Part shown: piece after piece, positions 9,772 through 18,940 of the stretch
Numbering within the stretch: position 1 is the stretch's first letter
How the letters are laid out: each line of letters starts with the position of its first letter
DNA from: Candidatus Bilamarchaeaceae archaeon
Lineage (GTDB): Archaea; Micrarchaeota; Micrarchaeia; Anstonellales; Bilamarchaeaceae
Direction of reading: 5' to 3'
Length of the DNA: 64,000 bases
NCBI GenBank assembly: GCA_038851325.1
Contig: JAWCKZ010000002.1
Span: 44,935 to 108,934, forward strand
The notes under the pieces: generated by a model
Seen by the model: the letters and a program-made list of their open reading frames with translations, nothing else
Told to the model about the DNA's origin: nothing
The model's database searches: none
Position numbers and translations under genes: made by a program

Positions 9772-10164
9772 TTATATCCCAAGTCTTTTTATTATCTTAC
9801 TTGTTTTAAGCGATTCTTTTTCGATGTATTTTCTTAGTTTTACTATCCGAACGCCCTTTGGTTTTATAAAAGGCTTCTGGTCATAGCCGTAGACAATGAC
9901 GTCGGGTTTTATTTTTTTAACAATTTTCTCTGGATTTTTTCCACCAAGGATAACCTTATCAACCGGCTTTAGCTCAGATACCATCATGGCACGATAACGC
10001 TGTGAATGAATCGGTTTTCGTCCTTTTTTCTTTATATGCCTATCCCCTGCGACTACAACAACAAGATAATCGCCGTATTTTTTTGCCTGTCGAAGCGTGT
10101 AAAGATGACCTGCATGCAAGATATCAAAAACGCCACCTGTTAGAACGACTTTCTTTTTTCGCAT
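9772..10164 (-). CDS. ribL: FAD synthase (cytidylyltransferase-like)
   Basis: GGVFDILHAGH (HxGH), VVVVAGD, KPDVIVYGYDQ, KTSKII. Confidence 0.8.
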   Translation of the reverse strand: MRKKKVVLTGGVFDILHAGHLYTLRQAKKYGDYLVVVVAGDRHIKKKGRKPIHSQRYRAMMVSELKPVDKVILGGKNPEKIVKKIKPDVIVYGYDQKPFIKPKGVRIVKLRKYIEKESLKTSKIIKRLGI

Positions 10165-10215
10165 GAACTGGATTTACATAAAACCATTTAAAATGTTATT
10201 AACTATTAATCCATC

Positions 10216-10698
10216 ATGATTCTTCCGAGGCAACATCTTTTGCAGCATATAAGTGATGTAATATCCGACTCGCAATTCCAGCCCGCAGGAGTTGATATAA
10301 CACTCAGAGAAGTAAGGCAGTTTCATTCAGCAGGGCAGATAGATTTTGATAATTCAACAAGGCGAATAAGCGAAACGATACCGATTGTATTTAAAGATGA
10401 CCAGGTATCCCTCCCTGCAGGCTCCTACAAAGTGATCTTTAATGAGTATGTAAAGATACCGCATGATGTAGCAGCTATTTGCCTTCCACGCTCATCGCTG
10501 TTGCGGTGTGGTGCGACGCTTAACTGCGCGCTTTGGGATCCTGGGTATGAAGGAAGGAGCGAGGCCCTTCTTGTTGTTTACAACCCACATGGCATAACGC
10601 TTAAAAAAAATGCAAAGATAGGTCAGCTTGTTTTTATACGGTTGACTGAGAAATCAGAAGCCCTTTATGCTGGAATCTATAAAGGAGAGAATAGGTAG
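10216..10698 (+). CDS. Archaeal dUTPase / dCTP deaminase family protein
   Basis: QPAGVDITL, PRSSLLRCG, WDPGYEG, KIGQLVF. Confidence 0.85.
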   Translation: MILPRQHLLQHISDVISDSQFQPAGVDITLREVRQFHSAGQIDFDNSTRRISETIPIVFKDDQVSLPAGSYKVIFNEYVKIPHDVAAICLPRSSLLRCGATLNCALWDPGYEGRSEALLVVYNPHGITLKKNAKIGQLVFIRLTEKSEALYAGIYKGENR

Positions 10699-10700
10699 GG

Positions 10701-11123
10701 GTGGTCTTTTTGAACGATGACAACATGAATACAGAAACAGATGTTTGGTCTACGCCCTCTGATGTGGCAGCTAAGAAGGTTTTTAGATTAACCATGCTTG
10801 CGTTTGGAATGCCAGCTTTTATGTTGTTGGCTAACTCAATAGAGAAATGTAGGGCCAATGAGAATGTACACAACCAAACTACTAAAGAAAAAGAAGCACG
10901 GCAAAAGAGTGGCGTTGGGGAAAAGATTGGCAACATTGAACACGCATTGTTAAAAACCGAAAAAAATTCCGTTGCGGAGGTCAAGCAGATAACAAAACAA
11001 GAAGAGCGTTGGGACAAATATTACGATTTTCTAAACAATGTAGAACAGAGGAATAAGAAGAGAAAAGACCAAATAGACAGAGTAACTACTATGCAACGGG
11101 CCCTTCAACTAAAAAATAGATGA
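10701..11123 (+). CDS. Hypothetical protein (one hydrophobic segment, charged helical C-terminus)
   Basis: 140-aa ORF filling the gap between dUTPase and top6A; no family recognised. Confidence 0.55.
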   Translation: MVFLNDDNMNTETDVWSTPSDVAAKKVFRLTMLAFGMPAFMLLANSIEKCRANENVHNQTTKEKEARQKSGVGEKIGNIEHALLKTEKNSVAEVKQITKQEERWDKYYDFLNNVEQRNKKRKDQIDRVTTMQRALQLKNR

Positions 11124-11160
11124 ACGAGGCAATAGGAACATTGAGTATCCGGCAACCACA

Positions 11161-12258
11161 CTAAGGCAGCCACTTCTTCTTTTTTATCTTTTCATTTATA
11201 TAGTCCCCAACAAATGTAAGCCTTTGGCCTTGAAGAGCATCCTGTTCAATCTTCTTTTTTGTTTTAAGTACAAGCTTAAGTTCCTTAACCCATTCCTTGT
11301 GCCTATTTATCCATGGATACTCAAGCATTTCTTCTGCCCTTTTTATGTCTACTTCTTTTGTGTTTATTGTTAGCTTCTTCAAGAAATCGAATTCCTCTAT
11401 ATCACTCATTGTAACGCCAATGAATTTTGCTTCTGGAACTGCGAAATTTCTACCCAGATATGCAAGGTTCATACTACCAGTTTTTATAGTCCAGTATATG
11501 TACCATCCCCAAGCATCACAGTCCATGAGGCAGTAGATTGGGAGTTTCATATCAGCAAGTTTTCTTAGCAGCCTTCTTGTGCCTCGTGTCGATTGTCCTT
11601 TTGGAGTAATCAGAAGGCAATTCTCCTTTTTCCAAAATTTATCTTCATTAAGTCTTTGCCAAAGCGCATCCTTTTCAACTACGAGTACATATTCTGCATC
11701 AACCTTTTGTATCTCCATATCATTGTCTACATCACTTGGGATTGACCACCCGCTTCTTCCTTGTTTTGAGCAGTCTATGGTTGTTTCTTCGCCACCAAAT
11801 TTATCCTTAAGCACCATACGTCCTGCGACGAATCCCTTTCTATCAGTAGTCAAGTGAAGGTCTTCCCGTTTTACATTTAGTGCGGCTTCTAAATCTTCCA
11901 GCATAGCATTCGATTCGGATTGTTCGGAGAAAAGTTCTTCATCCAGGTCCTCACCGAGCGAAAACTTCAACTGGTAGAATAGTCCTCTTATTGATGTGTG
12001 AAGGCCCTCTCTAATGAATTTTCTTGTTTTCGCCGCGATAGCAATAGTTTGCATAAATGTCCTTGCTTGCGCCATACTCAGGAATTTTCGTGTTTCTGTC
12101 TTTTCACCGAGTCTTAGGCAGCCTATGCCTTCGTCAAAGATAGTGTTCGCTCTTGTTCTCAGCGCAGTTTCAAAACTTGGACTTCTGCCACTCTCTATTT
12201 CTTTTGCGATTCTTTTTCCAAGTTCTTCAAGCTTTTTTAGTGCAGCATCATCACTCAT
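11161..12258 (-). CDS. top6A: DNA topoisomerase VI subunit A
   Basis: SIRGLFYQ (catalytic Tyr), VVEKDALWQRL, KGQSTRGTR, DCDAWG Toprim motif. Confidence 0.97.
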   Translation of the reverse strand: MSDDAALKKLEELGKRIAKEIESGRSPSFETALRTRANTIFDEGIGCLRLGEKTETRKFLSMAQARTFMQTIAIAAKTRKFIREGLHTSIRGLFYQLKFSLGEDLDEELFSEQSESNAMLEDLEAALNVKREDLHLTTDRKGFVAGRMVLKDKFGGEETTIDCSKQGRSGWSIPSDVDNDMEIQKVDAEYVLVVEKDALWQRLNEDKFWKKENCLLITPKGQSTRGTRRLLRKLADMKLPIYCLMDCDAWGWYIYWTIKTGSMNLAYLGRNFAVPEAKFIGVTMSDIEEFDFLKKLTINTKEVDIKRAEEMLEYPWINRHKEWVKELKLVLKTKKKIEQDALQGQRLTFVGDYINEKIKKKKWLP

Positions 12259-13849
12259 TTAAATCTCCCTCGATTTCCTCTCTCTTCTCCTCAGCATCCT
12301 CTTCTTTCTCTTCCTCTGTTTCGTTGGAGTATTTTGCTTCTACTATCTCCATAAGTTTTTTTTCTATCTTTTCCCTTTTTTCTCCAGTAAGTTCTGCTAT
12401 ATCTGAGGAAAGCTGTGGAACGTAGCGGAGAATAACTTTTTTCTTTGTAGCCAACTCCATACTCTTTCTCTTTCCGGAGATGTAGTGCTGCATTCCCCTA
12501 GCAGCTTCCATAACAGCATTTTTTATCTCGTCTACAACATCTTCCTCGCTTGATATTGCAAGCTTTCCTGCGCTCGTGTAGGGTACGTAAACACTTACAA
12601 AATTCACGAGAACAACAATCGGCTCCTCTTCGAAGTTCTTTAGATTATACCTTCCCCAGTCGATGCTTTTTACAGTTTCGGTTATTGCGCATCCAGACGT
12701 GTCAAATAAAAGCGGGACACGATTTGCGAATCGCATTATCTCGCCCTTCTTTTCAGCTGTTGCTATTCCACCTCCGTATGCAATGCCTGCTTCTACCATA
12801 AACGGAATACCTCCTCGATAAACCTTTGGACTTCTCTCTGTTACCACGAGGTATTCTGGATTGAAGATGTTCTTGAATGAAAGTTCTATTTGTTCTTTTC
12901 CTATCGGTACAAGGGCATCTGTCGATGGCGAGATCCACTTTACTTTCTTAAACGCAGCTATTATCTTCTCAGCTTCCTCCCATGTAATCTCACCAGGGTT
13001 CTTATCAAAATTAACTTCTGGAACTAGCGCGCGCAGTTCTGCAACCTTTGCTGCGCTTACTCTGGAAAAAACCTCCTGTAGCATTGCAGATAGCTTTCTA
13101 TAGTTTTTTGCATAATAGTGGGAAAACTCGAGGAGGTCGTGAGCACTTATGCCAAGCGGATGAGGTTTTATCTCAAACGGTCGCGGCGGATTTCTATCGA
13201 TAGAGCGAGGAAAGGTGGTTACCTCGCCTGTTGGTTCTTTGAGCGTGATAGTCGCGTGTGGATTTGCAAGCGCAGTTCGCCTTAGATACTCGAAAGGACC
13301 TTTGTTACTTTTTTCATATTTTATTTCTTTATACTCGGATATCACAGTTAATCCGTGACCCTCTATTTTTTCTTCGCTGAGTTTATTTACAATCGGTTCA
13401 TTTTTCTTTAAATCAATACCGATTTCGTATTCCTTGCGGACGCCCTCGTAGCAGGAAATTGCTTTGACAGGTTTTCCGGTAGTTAAGTAGGAAAACATAA
13501 CGCAGCCGCTTGCTCCGATTCCTTGTTGACCGCGTTGTTGGATGTACCGATGGAACTTTGTCCCAGCAAGCATCTTTCCAAGCGCCTTTCCTACATATTT
13601 TTCTGGAATACCTGGTCCGTTGTCCCTCACAGCGATCTGATAGTGCTCCTCTCCAAGTTGCTGTACTTCCACATAGATTTCTGGAAGTATTCCAGCCTCT
13701 TCGCATGCATCAAGAGAATTTGTTACAAATTCGTGGATAATCATAGTAAATGAACGAGTGGGGCCAGTAAAGCCGAGCATCTGTCGATTCTTCTTGAAGA
13801 ATTCTGCTATTGAATGCTCTCTGAACTCCTTGAACATGCCATCGCTCAT
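12251..13849 (-). CDS. top6B: DNA topoisomerase VI subunit B
   Basis: EFFKKNRQMLGF, HEFVTNSLDA, DNGPGI, RGQQGIG, RFANRVPLL. Confidence 0.97.
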   Translation of the reverse strand: MSDGMFKEFREHSIAEFFKKNRQMLGFTGPTRSFTMIIHEFVTNSLDACEEAGILPEIYVEVQQLGEEHYQIAVRDNGPGIPEKYVGKALGKMLAGTKFHRYIQQRGQQGIGASGCVMFSYLTTGKPVKAISCYEGVRKEYEIGIDLKKNEPIVNKLSEEKIEGHGLTVISEYKEIKYEKSNKGPFEYLRRTALANPHATITLKEPTGEVTTFPRSIDRNPPRPFEIKPHPLGISAHDLLEFSHYYAKNYRKLSAMLQEVFSRVSAAKVAELRALVPEVNFDKNPGEITWEEAEKIIAAFKKVKWISPSTDALVPIGKEQIELSFKNIFNPEYLVVTERSPKVYRGGIPFMVEAGIAYGGGIATAEKKGEIMRFANRVPLLFDTSGCAITETVKSIDWGRYNLKNFEEEPIVVLVNFVSVYVPYTSAGKLAISSEEDVVDEIKNAVMEAARGMQHYISGKRKSMELATKKKVILRYVPQLSSDIAELTGEKREKIEKKLMEIVEAKYSNETEEEKEEDAEEKREEIEGDLNE

Positions 13850-13975
13850 GGGGGACACCTAGGACAATGTATTGTTAACACTGAATTATTCAAGCTAATT
13901 TTTATAGTTTTCTTTTCGACATGCGTGGCATGTGACGCGTTTCAGAATTTGTACATGTGGCACTTTATTTTAAAT

Positions 13976-14623
13976 TTACATCTCGTTCTCCAGAATTTTT
14001 TCGAGCATATCCGAAGAGTATAAATTTTTTCTATTTTTCACCTTTTCTTCACGCGCCCCTACAAACTTTATTACATGAACTATCAGATCTTTCGGTGTCG
14101 TAACGAGATTGCATATAACTTTGTTCTCTTTCATTTCTTCTAAGGGAGTGATGCGCGTCAAAAATGGATTTGCTTCGTATTCAGGTATTATTACTATTTT
14201 TCCCTCAGAAATGAGTTTTTTAGCTCTTTCCAGCGCTTTTTCTATATCTTTTGTCTCTTTAGAGTAGCACGCTACCAGACTACATGTTTTTTCATCAAGT
14301 TCCTCAATCATCTCTCCAAGTTTTTTGCATGCATGGTCAATAGAGTCATGATAAGGTGAAAATTTTACGACTGCTGCCAACCAATACCGCTCTTTCAAAA
14401 GTGATAAGGCTATTCCCCGAACACTTTCTGATGGATGGTATGCCCCAAGAAACGCAAGCACCACCTGCGTATTCTTAAGAAGCGACAACGCTGTTACCTG
14501 CCCTTCTGGTTTTTCAAGCATCTCAATTATGCTTTTAATATTATAACTCTGACCGTTAGCGGATATAAAGCATTTGCCTCTTTTTCTACCCTCAATTGGG
14601 CTTAAGTAGTACATCCTCCTCAT
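13976..14623 (-). CDS. Hypothetical protein (helical, possibly HEAT-like repeats)
   Basis: 215-aa ORF; HPSESVRGIALSLL resembles a HEAT-like unit; no family recognised. Confidence 0.55.
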   Translation of the reverse strand: MRRMYYLSPIEGRKRGKCFISANGQSYNIKSIIEMLEKPEGQVTALSLLKNTQVVLAFLGAYHPSESVRGIALSLLKERYWLAAVVKFSPYHDSIDHACKKLGEMIEELDEKTCSLVACYSKETKDIEKALERAKKLISEGKIVIIPEYEANPFLTRITPLEEMKENKVICNLVTTPKDLIVHVIKFVGAREEKVKNRKNLYSSDMLEKILENEM

Positions 14624-14694
14624 TAAATACCCCCCATTTATCCATTTTATGCATCAAAATTATTTTAAATGGTAATGGTGATAAAATCACATCG

Positions 14695-14751
14695 ATGATG
14701 ACAAAGGTGATCGCTGAGCCTTATGGCGATGAAGATTGACGTGCGGTCTGA
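14695..14751 (+). ncRNA. Box C/D methylation-guide sRNA
   Basis: C ATGATGA 14695-14701; 12-nt guide; D' CTGA 14714-14717; GCC-TTAT-GGC hairpin; C' ATGAAGA 14729-14735; 12-nt guide; D CTGA 14748-14751; intergenic. Confidence 0.85.
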
Positions 14752-15077
14752 AATAGTGCTTTAGTTTGTCAGAGCTAGGACTTCATTTGCTCGAATACTT
14801 TCACCCATACGATATTCGCAGCAAGGACAAAACTTCATAAATTTTGGCCTGTTTGGAAATTCGATAGAATTTACAATACAGGGACAAACAGCGCAACCGC
14901 GGCCAAATCCAAACTCGGGTCAAAATAATGTATTCCTGCCAACGTGTTTCTAAGAAGGTTCGCAGGGGGTATGAGTTACTCACAGGGAGTATGAGTAACT
15001 TTTAATACCTTATTGCACGCCGAAACGAACAACGGACACCTTCTTCAGCACGTAGAACAACCGGGTTGCTTGACTTC

Positions 15078-15440
15078 TCATCCTATTTGCTTCGCAACCA
15101 AAAACGAGGCTTTTAATAATAGCGGATCGGCTAAATAATACTTATTATTCTTCTTTTCTAAAAACGAACACCTTATGAGTTTGTTGAGTGCGAATGTAAA
15201 CAGATTAGAATCGAGCTGTTCTTTGAGTTCCTTGCCTGCCCTTACCCTAAGTTCATTCCAGCTTACTCCCGTCGCATTCTGTAAAATGCTCAGATAAAGT
15301 TTCTTATTCCTTGCTTTTGTAATTTTGTCTTTTACTTCATTTAAATGAAGTTTAGCGTGTTGCGTCCCTTGACGGTCTAGACCTTGGTGAGACCCTGCGC
15401 AAGGCCTCAAAATAGAGCGATACCGTTCTTCGAGGCACAT
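15078..15440 (-). pseudogene. C-terminal winged-helix fragment of an archaeal AAA ATP-binding protein
   Basis: YLSILQNATGVSWNELR...FTFALNKLIRCSFLEKKNNKYYLADPLL; no P-loop domain upstream. Confidence 0.5.
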
Positions 15441-15688
15441 TAAAGAAGAAAAACAGAATTTTGGAAGGCAAAACGGGACACCTCAGAACGCAAAACCAAC
15501 GTCCATCTAAATGGGACGTTCAGAGGGCCATAGAACTAGAACGCCGTTCCCGTATGGACAGCTGCAAGGTCAGCTGCGGCAAACGCGAGATGCGCAGAAC
15601 TGGAGATTGGAAACCATTCGTCGTTCCCGAGAGTTTATTAAATCTATTTCCATCCATATACTCGTCATATGTTTGTTAGGGTGGTTTC

Positions 15689-16099
15689 CTGAAATCGCAT
15701 ACTGAGTATCTCACATTCAATACACGAAATCGCATCGAATTCGTTCGCATAACCGAAAAGATACAGGACGCGATAAAGAGAAGCGGAGTGAAGGAAGGCA
15801 TCGTGCTCGTGAATCCTATGCATATTACAGCAGCGGTAATCGTGAACGATGACGAGGAGGGGCTAAAACGCGATTTTATCCGTGTTCTGCAAGGGCTCGT
15901 GCCTTACGAAGGTAGATACGAGCACAATGTAGGTGAAGACAACGCTGCTGCGCACATCTGGCGCCAGCTCATGGGCCATCAGGTTGTCATGCCCATAACA
16001 GATGGCAAGCTTGACCTCGGCCCGTGGGAGCAGATTTTTTACTGCGAGTTTGACGGTCAGCGAAGTAAGCGCGTTCTCGTAAAAATAATCGGTGAGTAA
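15689..16099 (+). CDS. yjbQ: YjbQ/UPF0047 family protein (secondary thiamine-phosphate synthase-like), probable CTG start
   Basis: [39 protein letters not shown]; frame extends upstream of the ORF-track GTG to CTG-AAA-TCG-CAT after AGGGTGGT. Confidence 0.9.
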   Translation: MKSHTEYLTFNTRNRIEFVRITEKIQDAIKRSGVKEGIVLVNPMHITAAVIVNDDEEGLKRDFIRVLQGLVPYEGRYEHNVGEDNAAAHIWRQLMGHQVVMPITDGKLDLGPWEQIFYCEFDGQRSKRVLVKIIGE

Positions 16100-16939
16100 A
16101 TGAACATTTTGAAGGAGATCGCAAGATTAACACGAATTGAACATGGGCTGATGTTTGCCGCGGCAGTCTTCATAGGTGAGATAATTACCGGCACCGTTCC
16201 GCCTTATGGCATTTTGTTGCTCTCCATTCTAATACCGGTGTTTAGCGAAATGGGTGCATTTGCGTTGAATGATTACGTGGATGTCGAAGCAGATAGAGCA
16301 AACAAACGGACCGATAGGCCTCTGGTTGCTGGAACACTTTCACCGCGATTTGCACTTTTACTCTCCATCTCTATGTTGCTTCTTTCATCCTTTCTAGCTT
16401 ATTTTATCAATGCTGTTGTATTTATCATAACTATTTCTCTTAACATCCTTGCTATTGCCTACAATTTCAAGTTAAAAGAGCTTCCACTTGTTGGGAACGG
16501 CTACATCGCCCTTACCATGGGAATACCATTCATCTTCGGCAATTTCGTTGTCTCTCAAGTTATCTTTCCACCTAACTTCGTTCTTTTTATCCTCGCTTTT
16601 ATAGCAGGTTTGGCCAGAGAAATAATAAAATCTGTGGAGGACGTGTATGGTGATCTTGTAGCTAGAGGCGCTAAAACACTTCCAATCTTAATCGGAAGGA
16701 AGCAGTCGCTTGCTATTGCGTTTCTTCTTTATATGGCATTCATTCCACTTACCTACTTGCCATTTGTTTCTGGCTTGAGAGGCACGTTGTTGTCTTACTT
16801 TTTTGTAACGCTGGGAAATACTCTGATCGTTGCAAATGTCTTCTACGCATTGAAAGGGGAGTACAGAAAATCCCGTAGTCTCTCGCTTATTGCATTTTTC
16901 ATGGGTCTACTTGGCTATCTCATTGCAGCAGTTTTGTGA
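16100..16939 (+). CDS. UbiA-family prenyltransferase, probable digeranylgeranylglyceryl phosphate synthase
   Basis: NDYVDVEADRANKRTDRPLVAG, YNFKLK, REIIKSVEDVYGD, GAKTLP. Confidence 0.85.
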   Translation: MNILKEIARLTRIEHGLMFAAAVFIGEIITGTVPPYGILLLSILIPVFSEMGAFALNDYVDVEADRANKRTDRPLVAGTLSPRFALLLSISMLLLSSFLAYFINAVVFIITISLNILAIAYNFKLKELPLVGNGYIALTMGIPFIFGNFVVSQVIFPPNFVLFILAFIAGLAREIIKSVEDVYGDLVARGAKTLPILIGRKQSLAIAFLLYMAFIPLTYLPFVSGLRGTLLSYFFVTLGNTLIVANVFYALKGEYRKSRSLSLIAFFMGLLGYLIAAVL

Positions 16940-17004
16940 CACTTCTGCTTTTCTAGCTTGCGTGCGATTTATTAATCTTATTTTTTATACTTCTAACGAT
17001 TGTT

Positions 17005-17796
17005 ATGGTGGGAAAAGAAGAGATTCTATTTTCGGGTAAGTACAAAGAATTTGAATACGGAGTTAGGTATGATCTGAGTAGAGCAACCGAGAGGGATGTT
17101 GCGTTCGCGCTCTGTGAGATAGTCAGCAGAGTAGAGCCGTACGCTTACAGGTTTTCAGGGGTAGATTGCGAGAAGGTAGAAAAATTGGTAGAAGGCGTGG
17201 GAGAAGGCCTTTTAGCGGTTGCAGCTTATTTACGCGAAAGCGATACGCAGAAACAGTTGGAGACAACGGTTAAGGACAAATTATTGATGCCTGCTGCAGA
17301 GAGTTATTTTTTCAATAGAGCACTCACAAACGCTGGCGTTCCCCTCTTGCCGGAGGTCCAAGCAAGCCTCGAAGGAGAAAGCGAGCCCATCGAGGAGAAG
17401 ATCGTCTTTATTGGAAAATACAAGGAATGGATTGCAATAAAAAAACTTGTTGTTGAGGGGGTTGAAGATTGGGAAATTTCAGGGATTCTTTCCAGCATTG
17501 TGGAGACTGGAGTAAGAAAAGCATTTTACTTTTGCAACAAAACAGGAGAGATAGATGTCTGGAAAAATAATGGAGATGCGAATAAAAAGAAGATCAGAAA
17601 GTCGTTCAAAAATGCTGCGGATTTGTTGATTAAGTTGGACGGGATGATGGGCAGCGATAAGACTACGAATGCTTATCTTGTTGTGAAAAGCTTAACAGCG
17701 CTTGGCTATAATCCGCACGCAAGCGTTGAAATGCTCACGGCTGCTCACCAAGAGCTTAAGGTCAGAAGACCAAGGGGAAGGCCATCAAAACAATGA
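17005..17796 (+). CDS. DUF2666-like archaeal protein with two related domains
   Basis: IVFIGKYKEWIAIKKL...EISGILSSI, paralleled by N-terminal ILFSGKYKEFEYGVRY...DVAFALCEI. Confidence 0.55.
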   Translation: MVGKEEILFSGKYKEFEYGVRYDLSRATERDVAFALCEIVSRVEPYAYRFSGVDCEKVEKLVEGVGEGLLAVAAYLRESDTQKQLETTVKDKLLMPAAESYFFNRALTNAGVPLLPEVQASLEGESEPIEEKIVFIGKYKEWIAIKKLVVEGVEDWEISGILSSIVETGVRKAFYFCNKTGEIDVWKNNGDANKKKIRKSFKNAADLLIKLDGMMGSDKTTNAYLVVKSLTALGYNPHASVEMLTAAHQELKVRRPRGRPSKQ

Positions 17797-17858
17797 AATC
17801 TAAAAATTTAAGTAAGTGCATTGCGCACACAAAAAGCGCAAAATAAAGGAGGGTAGAC

Positions 17859-18752
17859 ATGGGAAAAGGTGTAGGAAGAGGAAAGGTTATTCTTTTTGGA
17901 GAGCATTTTGTTGTTCACAGCGTGCCTGCAATAGCGGCAGGAATAGATAACTCTGCGATTGTTGAAGTTAAAAAAGCTGAAAAAAATAGGATAATAACAA
18001 AACAGAATATCGTACCTGAGTTAAGTCTTGAGGGCATACAACTGGTGTTGGACGCCATGGGCATAAAAGATAAATACGATGTTTATCTAGACGGAGACCT
18101 TCCAACATTTGGAGGGCTTGGTTCATCAGCTGCCTTTTGCGTTGCGCTGGTGCGGGCAGTGGCCGAGGATAAAGGTATCGTTCTGACGGATGAGGAAGTG
18201 AACAGATACGCGTACGAGGGCGAAAAGGCGTTTCATGGCAGCCCTTCTGGTATTGATAACTTGATGGCCACGTATGGTGGAATAATAATCTTCAGAAAGG
18301 GACGCGGGGAGAGCTATTTCGAAAAAATAAACGCAGGAAAAAAGATGGACATAGTTGTTGGATTTACAGGAAAGCTTAGCCAAACGAAAAAGATGGTTGA
18401 GTTGGTGAGAAAATTTAAAGAGGAGGACCCCGATCATTGGGTGCAACTTGCTGTTCAGGCTGCCGATGTTGTTTACAGAGGAAAGAATGCGATTGAGAAG
18501 GGGAAGCTCGAGGAAATAGGAAAGCTGATGAATGAGAATCAGGTGCTGCTGTCCGAAATTGGTGTTTCTGACGAATTGAATGAGAAAATGGTAAAAATAA
18601 TGCTTGATGCTGGTGCGTTGGGCGCTAAGCTTACAGGTGGCGGTGGGGGAGGATGCTGTATCGCGCTTGCGCGCGACAAAGTGGCGGCTATAGGGATAAC
18701 GATGGCTCTAAAAAAGGAGAAGTTTGAGTCGTTTATAACAAGAATAGGATAA
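17859..18752 (+). CDS. mvk: Mevalonate kinase
   Basis: GKVILFGEHFVVH, GGLGSSAA, HGSPSGID, GAKLTGGGGGG. Confidence 0.92.
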   Translation: MGKGVGRGKVILFGEHFVVHSVPAIAAGIDNSAIVEVKKAEKNRIITKQNIVPELSLEGIQLVLDAMGIKDKYDVYLDGDLPTFGGLGSSAAFCVALVRAVAEDKGIVLTDEEVNRYAYEGEKAFHGSPSGIDNLMATYGGIIIFRKGRGESYFEKINAGKKMDIVVGFTGKLSQTKKMVELVRKFKEEDPDHWVQLAVQAADVVYRGKNAIEKGKLEEIGKLMNENQVLLSEIGVSDELNEKMVKIMLDAGALGAKLTGGGGGGCCIALARDKVAAIGITMALKKEKFESFITRIG

Positions 18753-18940
18753 AAACACGCAAACTGAAAATTTTTGGATACAAAGAAAATGTCACGGCCG
18801 AGAAAGCAGAAAAAAGCTTTCCCATGTGTCCTTAAGTCCTGAGACGCTAAACAGAAAGCTCAAAACTGAAAACTGACTTAAGGCCACAGCCGAGAAATTC
18901 ATAAGAGAATTTTTCGGGCGTGCCTTGAACGAAGTTCAAG

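Noticed and set aside
14795-14830. Minus-strand MKFCPCCEYRM micro-ORF resembling a zinc-ribbon start
   Set aside because: Only 25 codons, a single Cys knuckle and no SD
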